Of a stretch of DNA of 64,000 bases, positions 1-8,743 are shown in pieces. Position 1 is the stretch's first letter. Each line of letters opens with the position of its first letter. The stretch covers positions 681 through 64,680 of the forward strand of contig JAMLIR010000023.1 in NCBI GenBank assembly GCA_023954045.1, given 5' to 3'. The DNA comes from Burkholderiaceae bacterium. Lineage in GTDB: Bacteria > Pseudomonadota > Gammaproteobacteria > Burkholderiales > Burkholderiaceae_E. Both the position numbers and the translations under genes were made by a program. Below the pieces are notes generated by a model that was not told the DNA's origin, made no database searches, and was given only the letters and a program-made list of their open reading frames with translations.

Positions 1-444
1 GAAACGGATGGCGATGTTCTCTTCCATCTTCGCGCCATCCTGGGCCCACGCATAGCGTGCCTTCATGGTCCCGGCGTCGATCCATTCGACCAGGTGGTCG
101 TGCGACTCGCCCTGGTTCGTGACCGCGTACCAGTGGCCCTGGCGGCTGACGGGGTCGACGCCGAACAGGTCGGATTCCGCGATCGACATCGTGCCGTTGC
201 GCGCCTTCAGCTCGCACGACACCGCCGAGCTGGCCGCCGCTTTGCGGCACCGGTAGTCGAGCGTCATCCGGGCCGGAGCCTGGCCGGGCTGGACCAGTTC
301 GCCGTGCCCCTTCCAGTGGCCGACCAGGGGAAAGAAGCGCGCCGCTTCGGGAGCGGCGGCCGTGTCGGCTGCCGAGACCGCGGCGGGGCCTGCGGCGCAC
401 GCGAGCAGCGTCAGTGCGGAAAGCCAGCGACGAACGGGATTCAT
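1..444 (-). CDS. Secreted hypothetical protein (beta-rich), 3' end beyond the window edge
   Basis: Manual translation from ATG at 444 (GGAGG RBS upstream): MNPVRRWLSALTLLACAAGPAAVSAADT...LVGHWKGHGE...; Sec-type signal peptide; open to position 1; divergent from TetR. Confidence 0.75.
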   Translation of the reverse strand, partial: MNPVRRWLSALTLLACAAGPAAVSAADTAAAPEAARFFPLVGHWKGHGELVQPGQAPARMTLDYRCRKAAASSAVSCELKARNGTMSIAESDLFGVDPVSRQGHWYAVTNQGESHDHLVEWIDAGTMKARYAWAQDGAKMEENIAIRF

Positions 445-487
445 GGCGACCTCCTTGGGTGGGACACCGTGGTCGACAGGCCTTTGA

Positions 488-502
488 CCTTACGGTGTAA
501 GG
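488..502. promoter_or_regulatory. Palindromic operator 1 (probable TetR site)
   Basis: CCTTAC-GGT-GTAAGG perfect 6-3-6 inverted repeat between divergent genes. Confidence 0.7.
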
Positions 503-518
503 GCGTTTTACTCCAATG

Positions 519-535
519 ACTTTACGATGTAAAGT
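519..535. promoter_or_regulatory. Palindromic operator 2 (probable TetR site)
   Basis: ACTTTAC-GAT-GTAAAGT perfect 7-3-7 inverted repeat; same TTAC-GNT-GTAA core as operator 1. Confidence 0.7.
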
Positions 536-541
536 GGCGGC

Positions 542-1219
542 ATGAAAAAAAATGCTGCAAGAACCCGGAGCGCCGCGGAGCGTCCGCCGCTCACCCGCGA
601 GGCCATCGCCTCGGCGGCTCTCGCGATCGTCGATCAGGACGGGCTGGAGGGCCTGTCGATGCGGCGGCTGGGCGCCGATCTGGGCGTGGAGGCGATGGCG
701 CTCTACCACCACTTCAGGAGCAAGGGCGAGGTGCTCGACGCCGTGATGGAGCGGCTGCTCGACGAGATCGAGTGGCCCGAGCGCGGTGCGGCGACGCCGG
801 CGGCGCGGCTGAAGAAGGTGTTCGCGTCGTACCGGCAACTGGCCGTTCGCCATCCGCGTGCGTTCATCCTGCTGGTCAACCGCCGGTTCAACACCGATCG
901 CAGCTTCGACCTTTACGAGCGCATCCTGGAGGCGATGGCCGATCTCGGGCTCGACGCCGCGTTGTCGGCGCGCTATTTCCGGATGTTCGGCTACTACATG
1001 AACGGCGCGGGACTGGCGGAGGTCGCGAGCCGGGCGGCCGCACCCGACGCGACGCCGGTCAGGCTCGAGAGCTTCCAGGAGGGTGCGCGCTATCCGCACG
1101 TCGCGGCGGTGGCGCGGCACCTGCGGGTCGCGAAGCTCGGCGCGATCTACGACTTCGGGCTGGAGATGATCTTCCGCGAGATGCTGAAGAGCGCGAAGAA
1201 GCCGGCGCGGAAAGCCTGA
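542..1219 (+). CDS. TetR/AcrR-family regulator with TetR_C-type C-terminal domain
   Basis: LTREAIASAALAIVDQDGLEGLSMRRLGADLGVEAMALYHHF HTH. Confidence 0.92.
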   Translation: MKKNAARTRSAAERPPLTREAIASAALAIVDQDGLEGLSMRRLGADLGVEAMALYHHFRSKGEVLDAVMERLLDEIEWPERGAATPAARLKKVFASYRQLAVRHPRAFILLVNRRFNTDRSFDLYERILEAMADLGLDAALSARYFRMFGYYMNGAGLAEVASRAAAPDATPVRLESFQEGARYPHVAAVARHLRVAKLGAIYDFGLEMIFREMLKSAKKPARKA

Positions 1220-1265
1220 TCCGCGACGCCGGGCGAATCGGCGGCGCGACCCCGGCTCGCCACGT

Positions 1266-2207
1266 TCATCGCCCGCGTCGCTCACCGAGCAGCGCCGCAC
1301 GCGTCACGGGGCTCTGCATCCGCTGCAACCACCACTGCAGCGCGCGCCCGCGCTCGGGCCGCTCGCCCTTGCGCCACGCGTAGCTGAGCGGGATCTTGTG
1401 TTCCGGTCGTTCGACGCGCTTGACGACCAGGCGCCCCGTGTCGATGTACGGCTGCGCCAGGCAGGTCGGCAGGAAGCCGACACCCAGCCCCCTGATCTGC
1501 GCATCCACTTTCGCGGGCATGCCGGCCACGGTGAACACGTCCTGGCCCGCCAGCAGTCCGATCGTGAGTCCGTCGCCGTGCCGGATCGAGTCGGCCACGG
1601 CCACCGCGCGATGGGGGCGGATCGCATCGTCGCTCAGCGGCTCGGGGGCGCTTGCCAGCGGATGATGCGGCGCCACCGCAAAGACGAAGCGAAGGCTACC
1701 CAGCGTTTCGCGCTGCAGGCCGGCCGCCGCGCCGGCGGTGATCACCACGCCGAGGGCGAGATCCGCCTGCCCCGAGGCGAGGGCATCCAGCGTCCCTGAG
1801 AGCGCCTCGGCGCGAAGCCTGAGCCGGGTCGGGGGTTGCAGGCGAAAGAACGCGTCGCACAGCTCCATCACGGCGGCGCCGTCGACGACGCTGTCGACCG
1901 CGATCGTGAATTGCGGCTCCCAGCCCGTGGCCACGCGCTTCACTCGGTTCGCGATCGCGTCGATGTCGGCCAGCAGGCGCGTGCCCTCGCGCAGCAGTTC
2001 GGCGCCGGCCTCGGTCAGGCGCGCCTGGCGCGAGCTGCGGTCGAACAGCAGCACGTCGAGCGCGTCCTCCAGCTGCCGCACGCGGTAGGTGAGGGCGCTC
2101 GGGGCGAGCCCGCTCGCGCGCGCTGCCGCGGCAAAGCTGCCGGCGGCGGCAATCGCCTCGAGCATCGCCAGGGAGTCCGGGGTCAGTACGTCGCGTGGTG
2201 TCGGCAT
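1266..2207 (-). CDS. LysR-family regulator (YhaJ-like)
   Basis: GSFAAAARASGLAPSALTYRVRQLED HTH; divergent from pirin. Confidence 0.92.
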   Translation of the reverse strand: MPTPRDVLTPDSLAMLEAIAAAGSFAAAARASGLAPSALTYRVRQLEDALDVLLFDRSSRQARLTEAGAELLREGTRLLADIDAIANRVKRVATGWEPQFTIAVDSVVDGAAVMELCDAFFRLQPPTRLRLRAEALSGTLDALASGQADLALGVVITAGAAAGLQRETLGSLRFVFAVAPHHPLASAPEPLSDDAIRPHRAVAVADSIRHGDGLTIGLLAGQDVFTVAGMPAKVDAQIRGLGVGFLPTCLAQPYIDTGRLVVKRVERPEHKIPLSYAWRKGERPERGRALQWWLQRMQSPVTRAALLGERRGR

Positions 2208-2220
2208 TCGGGGTCAGACC

Positions 2221-2237
2221 ATTCAAATAATTCGAAT
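2221..2237. promoter_or_regulatory. Putative LysR recognition site
   Basis: ATTC-AAATAATTC-GAAT dyad containing T-N11-A in the LysR/pirin intergenic region. Confidence 0.5.
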
Positions 2238-2313
2238 GATGCCACCGAATCCGCAGAGCCTCGAAGCGGCCGGCTAGTCCCAGAATCGATCTCATCGAAA
2301 GGAGGTTTCGACG

Positions 2314-3015
2314 ATGCTCACCCTTCGCAAATCACAGGACCGCGGCTACGCGGACCACGGCTGGCTGAAGAGCTACCACTCGTTTTCGTTCGCCGGCTAC
2401 TACGACCCGGCGCACATGGGCTGGGGCAACCTGCGCGTGATCAACGAGGACCGCGTGGCGCCGGGCACCGGCTTCGGCACGCACGGCCACCGCGACATGG
2501 AGATCATCAGCTACGTGCTGTCGGGCGAACTGGCTCATCGCGACAGCATGGGCAACGTCGTCGGCATTCCGCCCGGCGACGTGCAGCGGATGAGCGCGGG
2601 CACCGGCGTGCAGCACAGCGAGTTCAACCACGCCGAAGGCAAGACGACGCACTTCCTGCAGATCTGGATCGAGCCGAACGTGACCGGGATCGTGCCGGGC
2701 TACGAGCAGAAGGCGATACCGACGGTCGAGAAGCGCGGCGCGCTGCGCCTGGTGGCGTCGCCCGACGGGGCGCTCGGGTCGGTGACGATTCACGCCGACG
2801 CGAAGGTCTATGCCGGCCTCTTCGACGGCAGCGAGCGCGCCGAACTCGCGCTCGATCCGGTTCGAAAAGGCTACGTGCACCTGGTGCGCGGAAAGCTCGA
2901 GGTGAACGGCCAGTCGCTGAGCGCCGGCGATGCCGTGCTGCTGGAAAACGAGAGCCGGATCACGCTGGCCAACGGCGCCGATGCCGAGGTGCTGGTGTTC
3001 GATCTCGCTCCCTGA
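2314..3015 (+). CDS. Pirin-family protein (YhhW/YhaK-like)
   Basis: HGWLKSYHSFSF, GFGTHGHRDMEIISYV, HSEFN metal-binding motifs. Confidence 0.93.
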   Translation: MLTLRKSQDRGYADHGWLKSYHSFSFAGYYDPAHMGWGNLRVINEDRVAPGTGFGTHGHRDMEIISYVLSGELAHRDSMGNVVGIPPGDVQRMSAGTGVQHSEFNHAEGKTTHFLQIWIEPNVTGIVPGYEQKAIPTVEKRGALRLVASPDGALGSVTIHADAKVYAGLFDGSERAELALDPVRKGYVHLVRGKLEVNGQSLSAGDAVLLENESRITLANGADAEVLVFDLAP

Positions 3016-3062
3016 TTCCGCTCCCTGATTCTTATCTTTCAACCCTTCGACAAGGACTCGAC

Positions 3063-3476
3063 ATGTTCACCAGACTTCAGGATCCCCTCGCGCTGGCCGG
3101 CCGTCTGCTGATGGCCCTGCTGTTCCTGCCCGCCGGCGTCGGCAAGCTGACCGGCTTCGCCGGGACCGTGGGCTACATCTCTTCGGTGGGTCTGCCGATG
3201 CCGCAACTCGGCGCGATGGTGGCGCTGGTCGTCGAGATCGGCGGCGGCGTGGCGCTGATCGCGGGCTTCGGCACGCGCGTGGCCGCGATCGTGCTGGCGG
3301 CGTTTACGCTGGTCGCCTCGTACTTCTTCCACGCGTACTGGGCCGTGCCGGCCGACCAGCAGCTGATCCCGCAGTTGCTCTTCTACAAGAACATGGCAGT
3401 GATCGGCGGCCTGCTGACGATCGCCGCGTGGGGCGCGGGCGCCTGGAGCGTCGACGCGCGGCGCGGCAAGGCCTGA
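3063..3476 (+). CDS. DoxX-family membrane protein
   Basis: GRLLMALLF...GKL...EIGGG...FYKNMAVIGGLL; ATG at 3063 after AGGA RBS. Confidence 0.9.
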   Translation: MFTRLQDPLALAGRLLMALLFLPAGVGKLTGFAGTVGYISSVGLPMPQLGAMVALVVEIGGGVALIAGFGTRVAAIVLAAFTLVASYFFHAYWAVPADQQLIPQLLFYKNMAVIGGLLTIAAWGAGAWSVDARRGKA

Positions 3477-3483
3477 GGCCTCG

Positions 3484-3515
3484 CGCGCCGGGGCGCGTCC
3501 GCGCCGGGGCGCGTC
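3484..3515. repeat. Tandem duplication of a 16-bp self-complementary unit between convergent genes
   Basis: CGCGCCGGGGCGCGTC x2 (3484-3499, 3500-3515). Confidence 0.6.
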
Positions 3516-4200
3516 ACTTCTCCGCGAAGCAGTACAGGAGGCCGTCGCCTCCTGTACTGCGCAAGGCTTCCTGGCTGCAGCCGCGCGTCGGGTGCGACGA
3601 GTTCCAGGACGTGGCCCACGCGCTCTCGACGAGGCCGCCGCGGTCGTGGTGGCCGGTCATCGCCGAGCCGTCGGGACCGCCCCTGGTCCAGTTGCCGCAG
3701 GTCATGTCGGCGAACGGCGCGCCGGGGAAGGCGGTGCCGTCGGGCCTCGAGCCGGTCAGGATGTCGTGCCGGTTGGGCTTGTCGGTTCGGCCGTTGACGA
3801 GCTGGCCCTTCTCGTCGAGCGCCGTCTCCTTCGTGACGTTGTTGCGGGACGAGTGCAGGTCCTCGACGTTCCTGGCGATCACGACGCCCTTGGCGTTCTG
3901 CCAGGGACCGGCGCCGATGCGGTCGCGGGCGTTCACGAACTTCGGATCGTTCAGCGCGGGGGCCTGCGTGCTCAGGTAGGCGCGCCAGGTGCGATGGCCG
4001 GCGCCGACGGATTTCGCGAGCGCCTGGCAGTGCTGGTCGGCGCCTTCGAGGCCGCCGAGGTTGGCGCCTTTGCCGGGGCCGACGCTGGTCACGAAGAACG
4101 TCATGTTCTCGGGGCCCGGTGGCGACGGCAGCATGCCCGCGCATCCGCCCAGTGTCGCCAAGCCCGCCGCGATCAGGCAGGTCCGTCGCATCGCACTCAT
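3514..4200 (-). CDS. Lipoprotein with endostatin/C-type-lectin-like domain
   Basis: Lipobox LGGC; NLGGLEGADQHCQALA, WRAYLST, RIGAGPW, HDILTGS, TCGNWT, LLYCFA; start inferred at 4200 (GGAGA RBS). Confidence 0.8.
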   Translation of the reverse strand: MSAMRRTCLIAAGLATLGGCAGMLPSPPGPENMTFFVTSVGPGKGANLGGLEGADQHCQALAKSVGAGHRTWRAYLSTQAPALNDPKFVNARDRIGAGPWQNAKGVVIARNVEDLHSSRNNVTKETALDEKGQLVNGRTDKPNRHDILTGSRPDGTAFPGAPFADMTCGNWTRGGPDGSAMTGHHDRGGLVESAWATSWNSSHPTRGCSQEALRSTGGDGLLYCFAEK

Positions 4201-4328
4201 ACCGCTCTCCCGTTGATGGCGCATGCGCACTCTGCCGTGCCTCGCGCCGGTTGTCTCGCGGCGACGCACAAGGTGCGTTCGGAACGCCCGAGGGCAACCG
4301 ACGTTGTCGGCGCAGCGGGTCCCGGCTT

Positions 4329-5237
4329 TCAACGACCGAAGAATTCGCGCAGCGCGCGCGCCGTCTCCTCCGGCAATTCCTCGGGAATGAAGTGCCCCGC
4401 CGGCATCGCCCGGCCGCTGACCGTGCCCGCGCACTGCGCGCGCCACAGCGTCATCGGATCGAACTGCCGCTGCACGACGCCGCGCTCGCCCCACAGCACC
4501 AGCAGGTCGCACGCGATCTTCTCTCCCGCGGCGCGCGATGCGCGGTCGTGCTCGAGGTCGATGCCCGCGCTCGCGCGGTAGTCCTCGCAGGCGGCGTGGA
4601 TCGTTTCGGGCATGCGAAAGCACCGTTCGTAGTCGGCCAGCGCCTGCGGCTCGATGTGGCCCAGGCCCTGGCTTCCCCATCCGCCGAGGTTCTTGTGAAG
4701 GTAGAACAGCGGGTCGCCGCCGATCAGGCGCTCGGGTAGCGGCGCAGGCTGGATCAGGAAGAACCAGTGGTAGTAGGCGCGCGCGAAGTCCATGTTCGTC
4801 GCGGCGTACATGTCGAGTGTCGGCGCGATGTCGATCACGGCGAGGCGCGCCACGCGCTGCGGGTGGTCGAGCGCCAGTCGGTGCGCGACGCGCGCGCCGC
4901 GATCGTGCGCGGCGACGAAGAAGCGCTCGTGGCCGAGCGCGTGCATCAACGCCGTGAGGTCGGCGGCGACGCGGCGCTTGCTGTATCGGGCGTGGTCCGG
5001 ATCGCCGGGCGGCTTGCCGGAGTCGCCGTAGCCGCGCAGGTCGGGCAGCACCAGGCGGAAGTGCGGCGCGAGACGCTGCGCGACGCGGTGCCACATCGCG
5101 TGCGTCTGCGGAAAGCCGTGCAGCATCAGCATCGGCGGCGCGTCGGCGCGGCCGCCGACCCGGGCGAACAGGCGGATGCCGTCCACTTCGTGGAATGCCG
5201 CGTCGAAGCCGTCGAACCAGCGAGGGTCTTGCGCCAT
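4329..5237 (-). CDS. Haloacetate (fluoroacetate) dehalogenase-type alpha/beta hydrolase
   Basis: HGFPQ, HDRGAR, YYHWFF, CEDYR, GHFIPEE motifs. Confidence 0.85.
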   Translation of the reverse strand: MAQDPRWFDGFDAAFHEVDGIRLFARVGGRADAPPMLMLHGFPQTHAMWHRVAQRLAPHFRLVLPDLRGYGDSGKPPGDPDHARYSKRRVAADLTALMHALGHERFFVAAHDRGARVAHRLALDHPQRVARLAVIDIAPTLDMYAATNMDFARAYYHWFFLIQPAPLPERLIGGDPLFYLHKNLGGWGSQGLGHIEPQALADYERCFRMPETIHAACEDYRASAGIDLEHDRASRAAGEKIACDLLVLWGERGVVQRQFDPMTLWRAQCAGTVSGRAMPAGHFIPEELPEETARALREFFGR

Positions 5238-5266
5238 CGGAGTCTCCTCGTCACAGTGATGCTGTC

Positions 5267-6571
5267 ATGGCTGCCGCCCTGCTGCAACGGTTCGTGAACG
5301 TGCGCCGCGGCGAGGTCGGGCCGGTGCTCGTCGCGGGGCTGTTCTTCTTCTGCGTGCTCACCGCGCTGATGGTGCTGAGGCCCGCACGCGAGGCGCTGGG
5401 CATGCAGCGCGGCATGGACGCGATCCGCTGGCTGTTCGTCGGCACCGTCGCCGTCACGCTGCTGGTCAATCCGGTGTTCGGGTGGCTCGTGAGCCGATAT
5501 CGCCGGCTCGCGTTCGTCGCCGCGACCTACCTGTTCTTCGCGTTCGGCCTGCTCGGCTTCTATGCGCTGCTGGTGCTGGCGCCGGCCAGCGTCGGGGCGC
5601 ACACCGGCCAGGTCTTCTACGTCTGGTTCAGCGTCTTCAATCTGTTTGCCACGATGCTTTTCTGGGCGCTGATGGCCGACCGCTTCACGCTCGAGCAGAG
5701 CAAGCGCCTGTTCGGCGCGATCGCGGTGGGCGGCACGCTCGGGGCGATCTTCGGGCCGTGGCTCGCGAGCGTGCTGGCGCGGCCGCTGGGAACGCCGGCG
5801 CTGTTGCCGGTCGCGGCCGGGTTCCTGGTGCTGGCGCTGGGGGCGGCCTGGTGGCTCGCGCGGCTGCCGGCCGAGTCCGACGCCGGCGACGGCGCGGCAC
5901 GGGCGGACGGGCGCGCGCTGATCGGGGGCAGCGCGTGGGAGGGCTTGCGCTCGGTGTCCCGATCGCCGTACCTGCTCGCGATCTGCGCCTACGTGCTGAT
6001 CGTCGCGGTGATGGCCACGTTCATCTACTTCACCCGGCTGCAGATGGTGGCGGCGCTCGGCGCCGACCTCGACCTGCGTACGCAGACCTTCGCGCGGATC
6101 GACATGATCACGCAGGCCGCGACGCTGGTGCTGCAGGCGGTCGTCACCGGACACCTGATGAAGCGGCTCGGCGCGTCGGTGGCGCTGGCGCTGCTGCCGG
6201 CGATTGCCGCGCTCGGCTTCCTCGGGCTGGCGATCGCCGGATCGCTCGTGGCATTGGTCGCGTTCGAGGCGACGTTTCGCGCGGTGCAGCGCGGCATCAT
6301 GCGACCCGCGCGCGAGACGCTGTTCACCACGGTCTCGCGCGCCGACCGATACAAGGCGAAGGCGTTCATCGACACCTTCGTCTATCGAGCCGGCGACGTG
6401 GTCGGCGCGCAGACCGAGGGGTTGCTGGGGCGGCTCGGCATGGGGCTCGCGGCGCTCGCCGCGTTCGCGGTGCCGCTGGCGCTGGTCTGGATGGCGCTCG
6501 GGGTATGGTTGGGGATGGCGCAGCGCGCGCAGGCGCGCGGCGCAGCGCAGGCGAAGGGAGTGAGCGCATGA
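5267..6571 (+). CDS. NTT/TLC-like (ATP:ADP antiporter family) MFS transporter
   Basis: About 12 TM segments; LRPAREALG, VFYVWFSVFNLF...FWALMADRF, RPARETLFT, YKAKAFIDTFVYRAGD; start set at ATG 5267. Confidence 0.8.
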   Translation: MAAALLQRFVNVRRGEVGPVLVAGLFFFCVLTALMVLRPAREALGMQRGMDAIRWLFVGTVAVTLLVNPVFGWLVSRYRRLAFVAATYLFFAFGLLGFYALLVLAPASVGAHTGQVFYVWFSVFNLFATMLFWALMADRFTLEQSKRLFGAIAVGGTLGAIFGPWLASVLARPLGTPALLPVAAGFLVLALGAAWWLARLPAESDAGDGAARADGRALIGGSAWEGLRSVSRSPYLLAICAYVLIVAVMATFIYFTRLQMVAALGADLDLRTQTFARIDMITQAATLVLQAVVTGHLMKRLGASVALALLPAIAALGFLGLAIAGSLVALVAFEATFRAVQRGIMRPARETLFTTVSRADRYKAKAFIDTFVYRAGDVVGAQTEGLLGRLGMGLAALAAFAVPLALVWMALGVWLGMAQRAQARGAAQAKGVSA

Positions 6572-7524
6572 CGACGCGACGCGATTGTCTGAAGGGAATC
6601 GGGGCCGCAGCCGGGATACTGGCGCTGGCGCCCGGCACGGCGTGGGGCGCCGACGCTGCGAAGGGCTCGCCGATCACCCGCGCGATTCCGAAGACCGGCG
6701 AGCGGCTGCCCATCGTCGGCCTGGGCAGTTCGGCGACGTTCTCGCAGGTCGCGAGCCGCGAGGACGTCGGCGCGCTGCGCGAGGTGTTCGCGCGCATGAC
6801 CGCGCTCGGCGGCACCGTCTTCGACACCGCGCCCGCCTATGGCGCCTCCGAGGAGGTCGCGGGGCGCATCGCGCAGGAACTCGGAATCGCGCAGAGGCTT
6901 TTCTGGGCGACCAAGCTCAACGTCGCGCCGTGGGGCGGCGGCGCGGCCGACCCCGCCGCCGCGCGCAAGCAGGTCGAGACTTCGTTCCGGCGCATCGGCA
7001 AGCCGGTGATCGACCTGATCCAGGTCCACAACCTGGGCGGCCTGCGCACCCAGCTGCCGATCCTGCGGGCGCTGAAAGAGCAGGGCCGCGTGCGCTACAT
7101 CGGCGTGACGACGACCTTCGAGGGCCAGTACGACGCGCTGCTGCGCACGATGCGCAGCGAACCGATCGACTTCATCGGCACGAACTACGCGATCGACGAC
7201 CGCGACGCCGAGCGAACGATCCTGCCGCTCGCTCGCGACCGCGGCATCGCGGTGCTGGTCTACGCGCCGTTCGGCCGTACGCGCCTGTGGCGGCGGGTGG
7301 CAGGGCGCACCGTGCCCGAGTGGGCGCGCGAGTTCGACGCGAGTTCGTGGGCGCAGTTTTTCCTGAAGTACGTCGCGAGCCATCCGTCGGTCACTTCGAT
7401 CACTCCGGCGACGAGCCGGCCGGAGAACATGACGGACAACATGGGCGCCGCGAACGGCCGGCTGCCCGACGATGTGATGCGCAAGCGGATGATCGAACTG
7501 GTCGATTCGCTGCCCGCGGCGTGA
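6568..7524 (+). CDS. Aldo/keto reductase with twin-arginine (Tat) signal peptide
   Basis: MTTRRDCLK + hydrophobic stretch + AWG; FDTAPAYG, ATK, DLIQVHN catalytic D-Y-K-H; 4-bp overlap with the upstream stop. Confidence 0.88.
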   Translation: MTTRRDCLKGIGAAAGILALAPGTAWGADAAKGSPITRAIPKTGERLPIVGLGSSATFSQVASREDVGALREVFARMTALGGTVFDTAPAYGASEEVAGRIAQELGIAQRLFWATKLNVAPWGGGAADPAAARKQVETSFRRIGKPVIDLIQVHNLGGLRTQLPILRALKEQGRVRYIGVTTTFEGQYDALLRTMRSEPIDFIGTNYAIDDRDAERTILPLARDRGIAVLVYAPFGRTRLWRRVAGRTVPEWAREFDASSWAQFFLKYVASHPSVTSITPATSRPENMTDNMGAANGRLPDDVMRKRMIELVDSLPAA

Positions 7525-7577
7525 TGCGCGTGGCCGCGCGATCGAATCGGCGCTGTGCCGTGAAGCTGGAGGACACC

Positions 7578-8309
7578 ATGAAACTCGATCGCCGGGAATT
7601 CCTGGGACTCGCCGGGCTCGCTCCGGCCTCGCTCGCGATCGGCGGCCTGCCGATCGTTGCGCGCGCCGCCGACGCCGGTCCGGGCAAGCCGAAGATCGGC
7701 ATCGTCGGTTCGGGCAATGTGGGAAGCGCACTGGGCAGCGTCTGGGTGAAGGCCGGACACGAGGTGATGTTCTCGTCGCGCAACCTCGAGCACGACCGGG
7801 CGCTCGCCGCGCAGCTCGGGCCGAACGCGCGCGCCGGCACGCCGCGCGAAGCCGCCGCGTTCGGCGGCGTCGTGATGATCTCGGTGCCCTATCGGTCGCT
7901 GCCCGACGTCGGCAAGGAACTCGGCGACCTGATCAAGGGCAAGGTCGTGATCGACACCTGCAACCCCTTCCCGGGGCGCGACGGCGAGATCGCGACCTGG
8001 GCGCGCGAGAAGGGCGTGGGCATGGCCTCGGCCGAGCTGTTGCCCGGCGCGCGCATCGTGCGCGCGTTCAATGCGATCGGCGCGGCGCGGATGGGCGCCG
8101 TGCACGAGCAGCCCGGGCGCATCGGCATGCCGATCGCGGGAGACGATGCCGAGGCGATCGCGGTGGCTTCGCGCCTGGTGCGCGAGGTCGGGTTCGAGCC
8201 GGTGCTCGTCGGCGGGCTCGCGAAGGGCAAATACCTGATGCCGGGGACGCCGCTGGCGGGCGAGCGCTCCCCGGAGGAGCTCAGGAGGATCGCCGCGGCG
8301 CTCGATTGA
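7578..8309 (+). CDS. NADPH-dependent F420-reductase-like oxidoreductase with Tat signal peptide
   Basis: MKLDRREFLG signal; KIGIVGSGNVG, SSR, VIDTCNP, VRAFN, AGDD motifs; GGAGG RBS. Confidence 0.85.
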   Translation: MKLDRREFLGLAGLAPASLAIGGLPIVARAADAGPGKPKIGIVGSGNVGSALGSVWVKAGHEVMFSSRNLEHDRALAAQLGPNARAGTPREAAAFGGVVMISVPYRSLPDVGKELGDLIKGKVVIDTCNPFPGRDGEIATWAREKGVGMASAELLPGARIVRAFNAIGAARMGAVHEQPGRIGMPIAGDDAEAIAVASRLVREVGFEPVLVGGLAKGKYLMPGTPLAGERSPEELRRIAAALD

Positions 8310-8345
8310 GCGCCTGCGAGGCAGTCACCTGGGCCCGTCCATGAA

Positions 8346-8732
8346 TCAGACCTTGACCTGCCACCTCTGCGGCTCCAGGCTCTGGAAGAGTTCGATCAGC
8401 AGGTCGTCGGGCCCGCTGACCATCACGTACCGGAACTTCGGATCGTCGTGGATCGGGTTCCGGAACTCGAACCCGTTCGCCTTCATCTTCGCAACCAGCG
8501 CGTCGAGGTCGTCGGTCGCGATGCCGAGATGGTGGACGGCGCCTCCACGCGGCGCCTTCGGCGGCTGGTCGTAGATCACGATGAACGCGCTACCCAACGC
8601 AAGGCGCACCACCCTGACCCCCGCCGCTGCCTCGTCCCAGATCACGGTGGCGCCGAACATCGTGCGGAAGAACCCGACGGTGGCCGAGAGGTCCGAAGCG
8701 AAGAGGTGCGCGTGATCGAGGGAGACGTTCAT
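8346..8732 (-). CDS. VOC/glyoxalase-family protein
   Basis: LDHAHL...FFRTMFGA...VHHLGIATDDLDA...GPDDLLIELFQ. Confidence 0.85.
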   Translation of the reverse strand: MNVSLDHAHLFASDLSATVGFFRTMFGATVIWDEAAAGVRVVRLALGSAFIVIYDQPPKAPRGGAVHHLGIATDDLDALVAKMKANGFEFRNPIHDDPKFRYVMVSGPDDLLIELFQSLEPQRWQVKV

Positions 8733-8743
8733 GACGATCCGGG

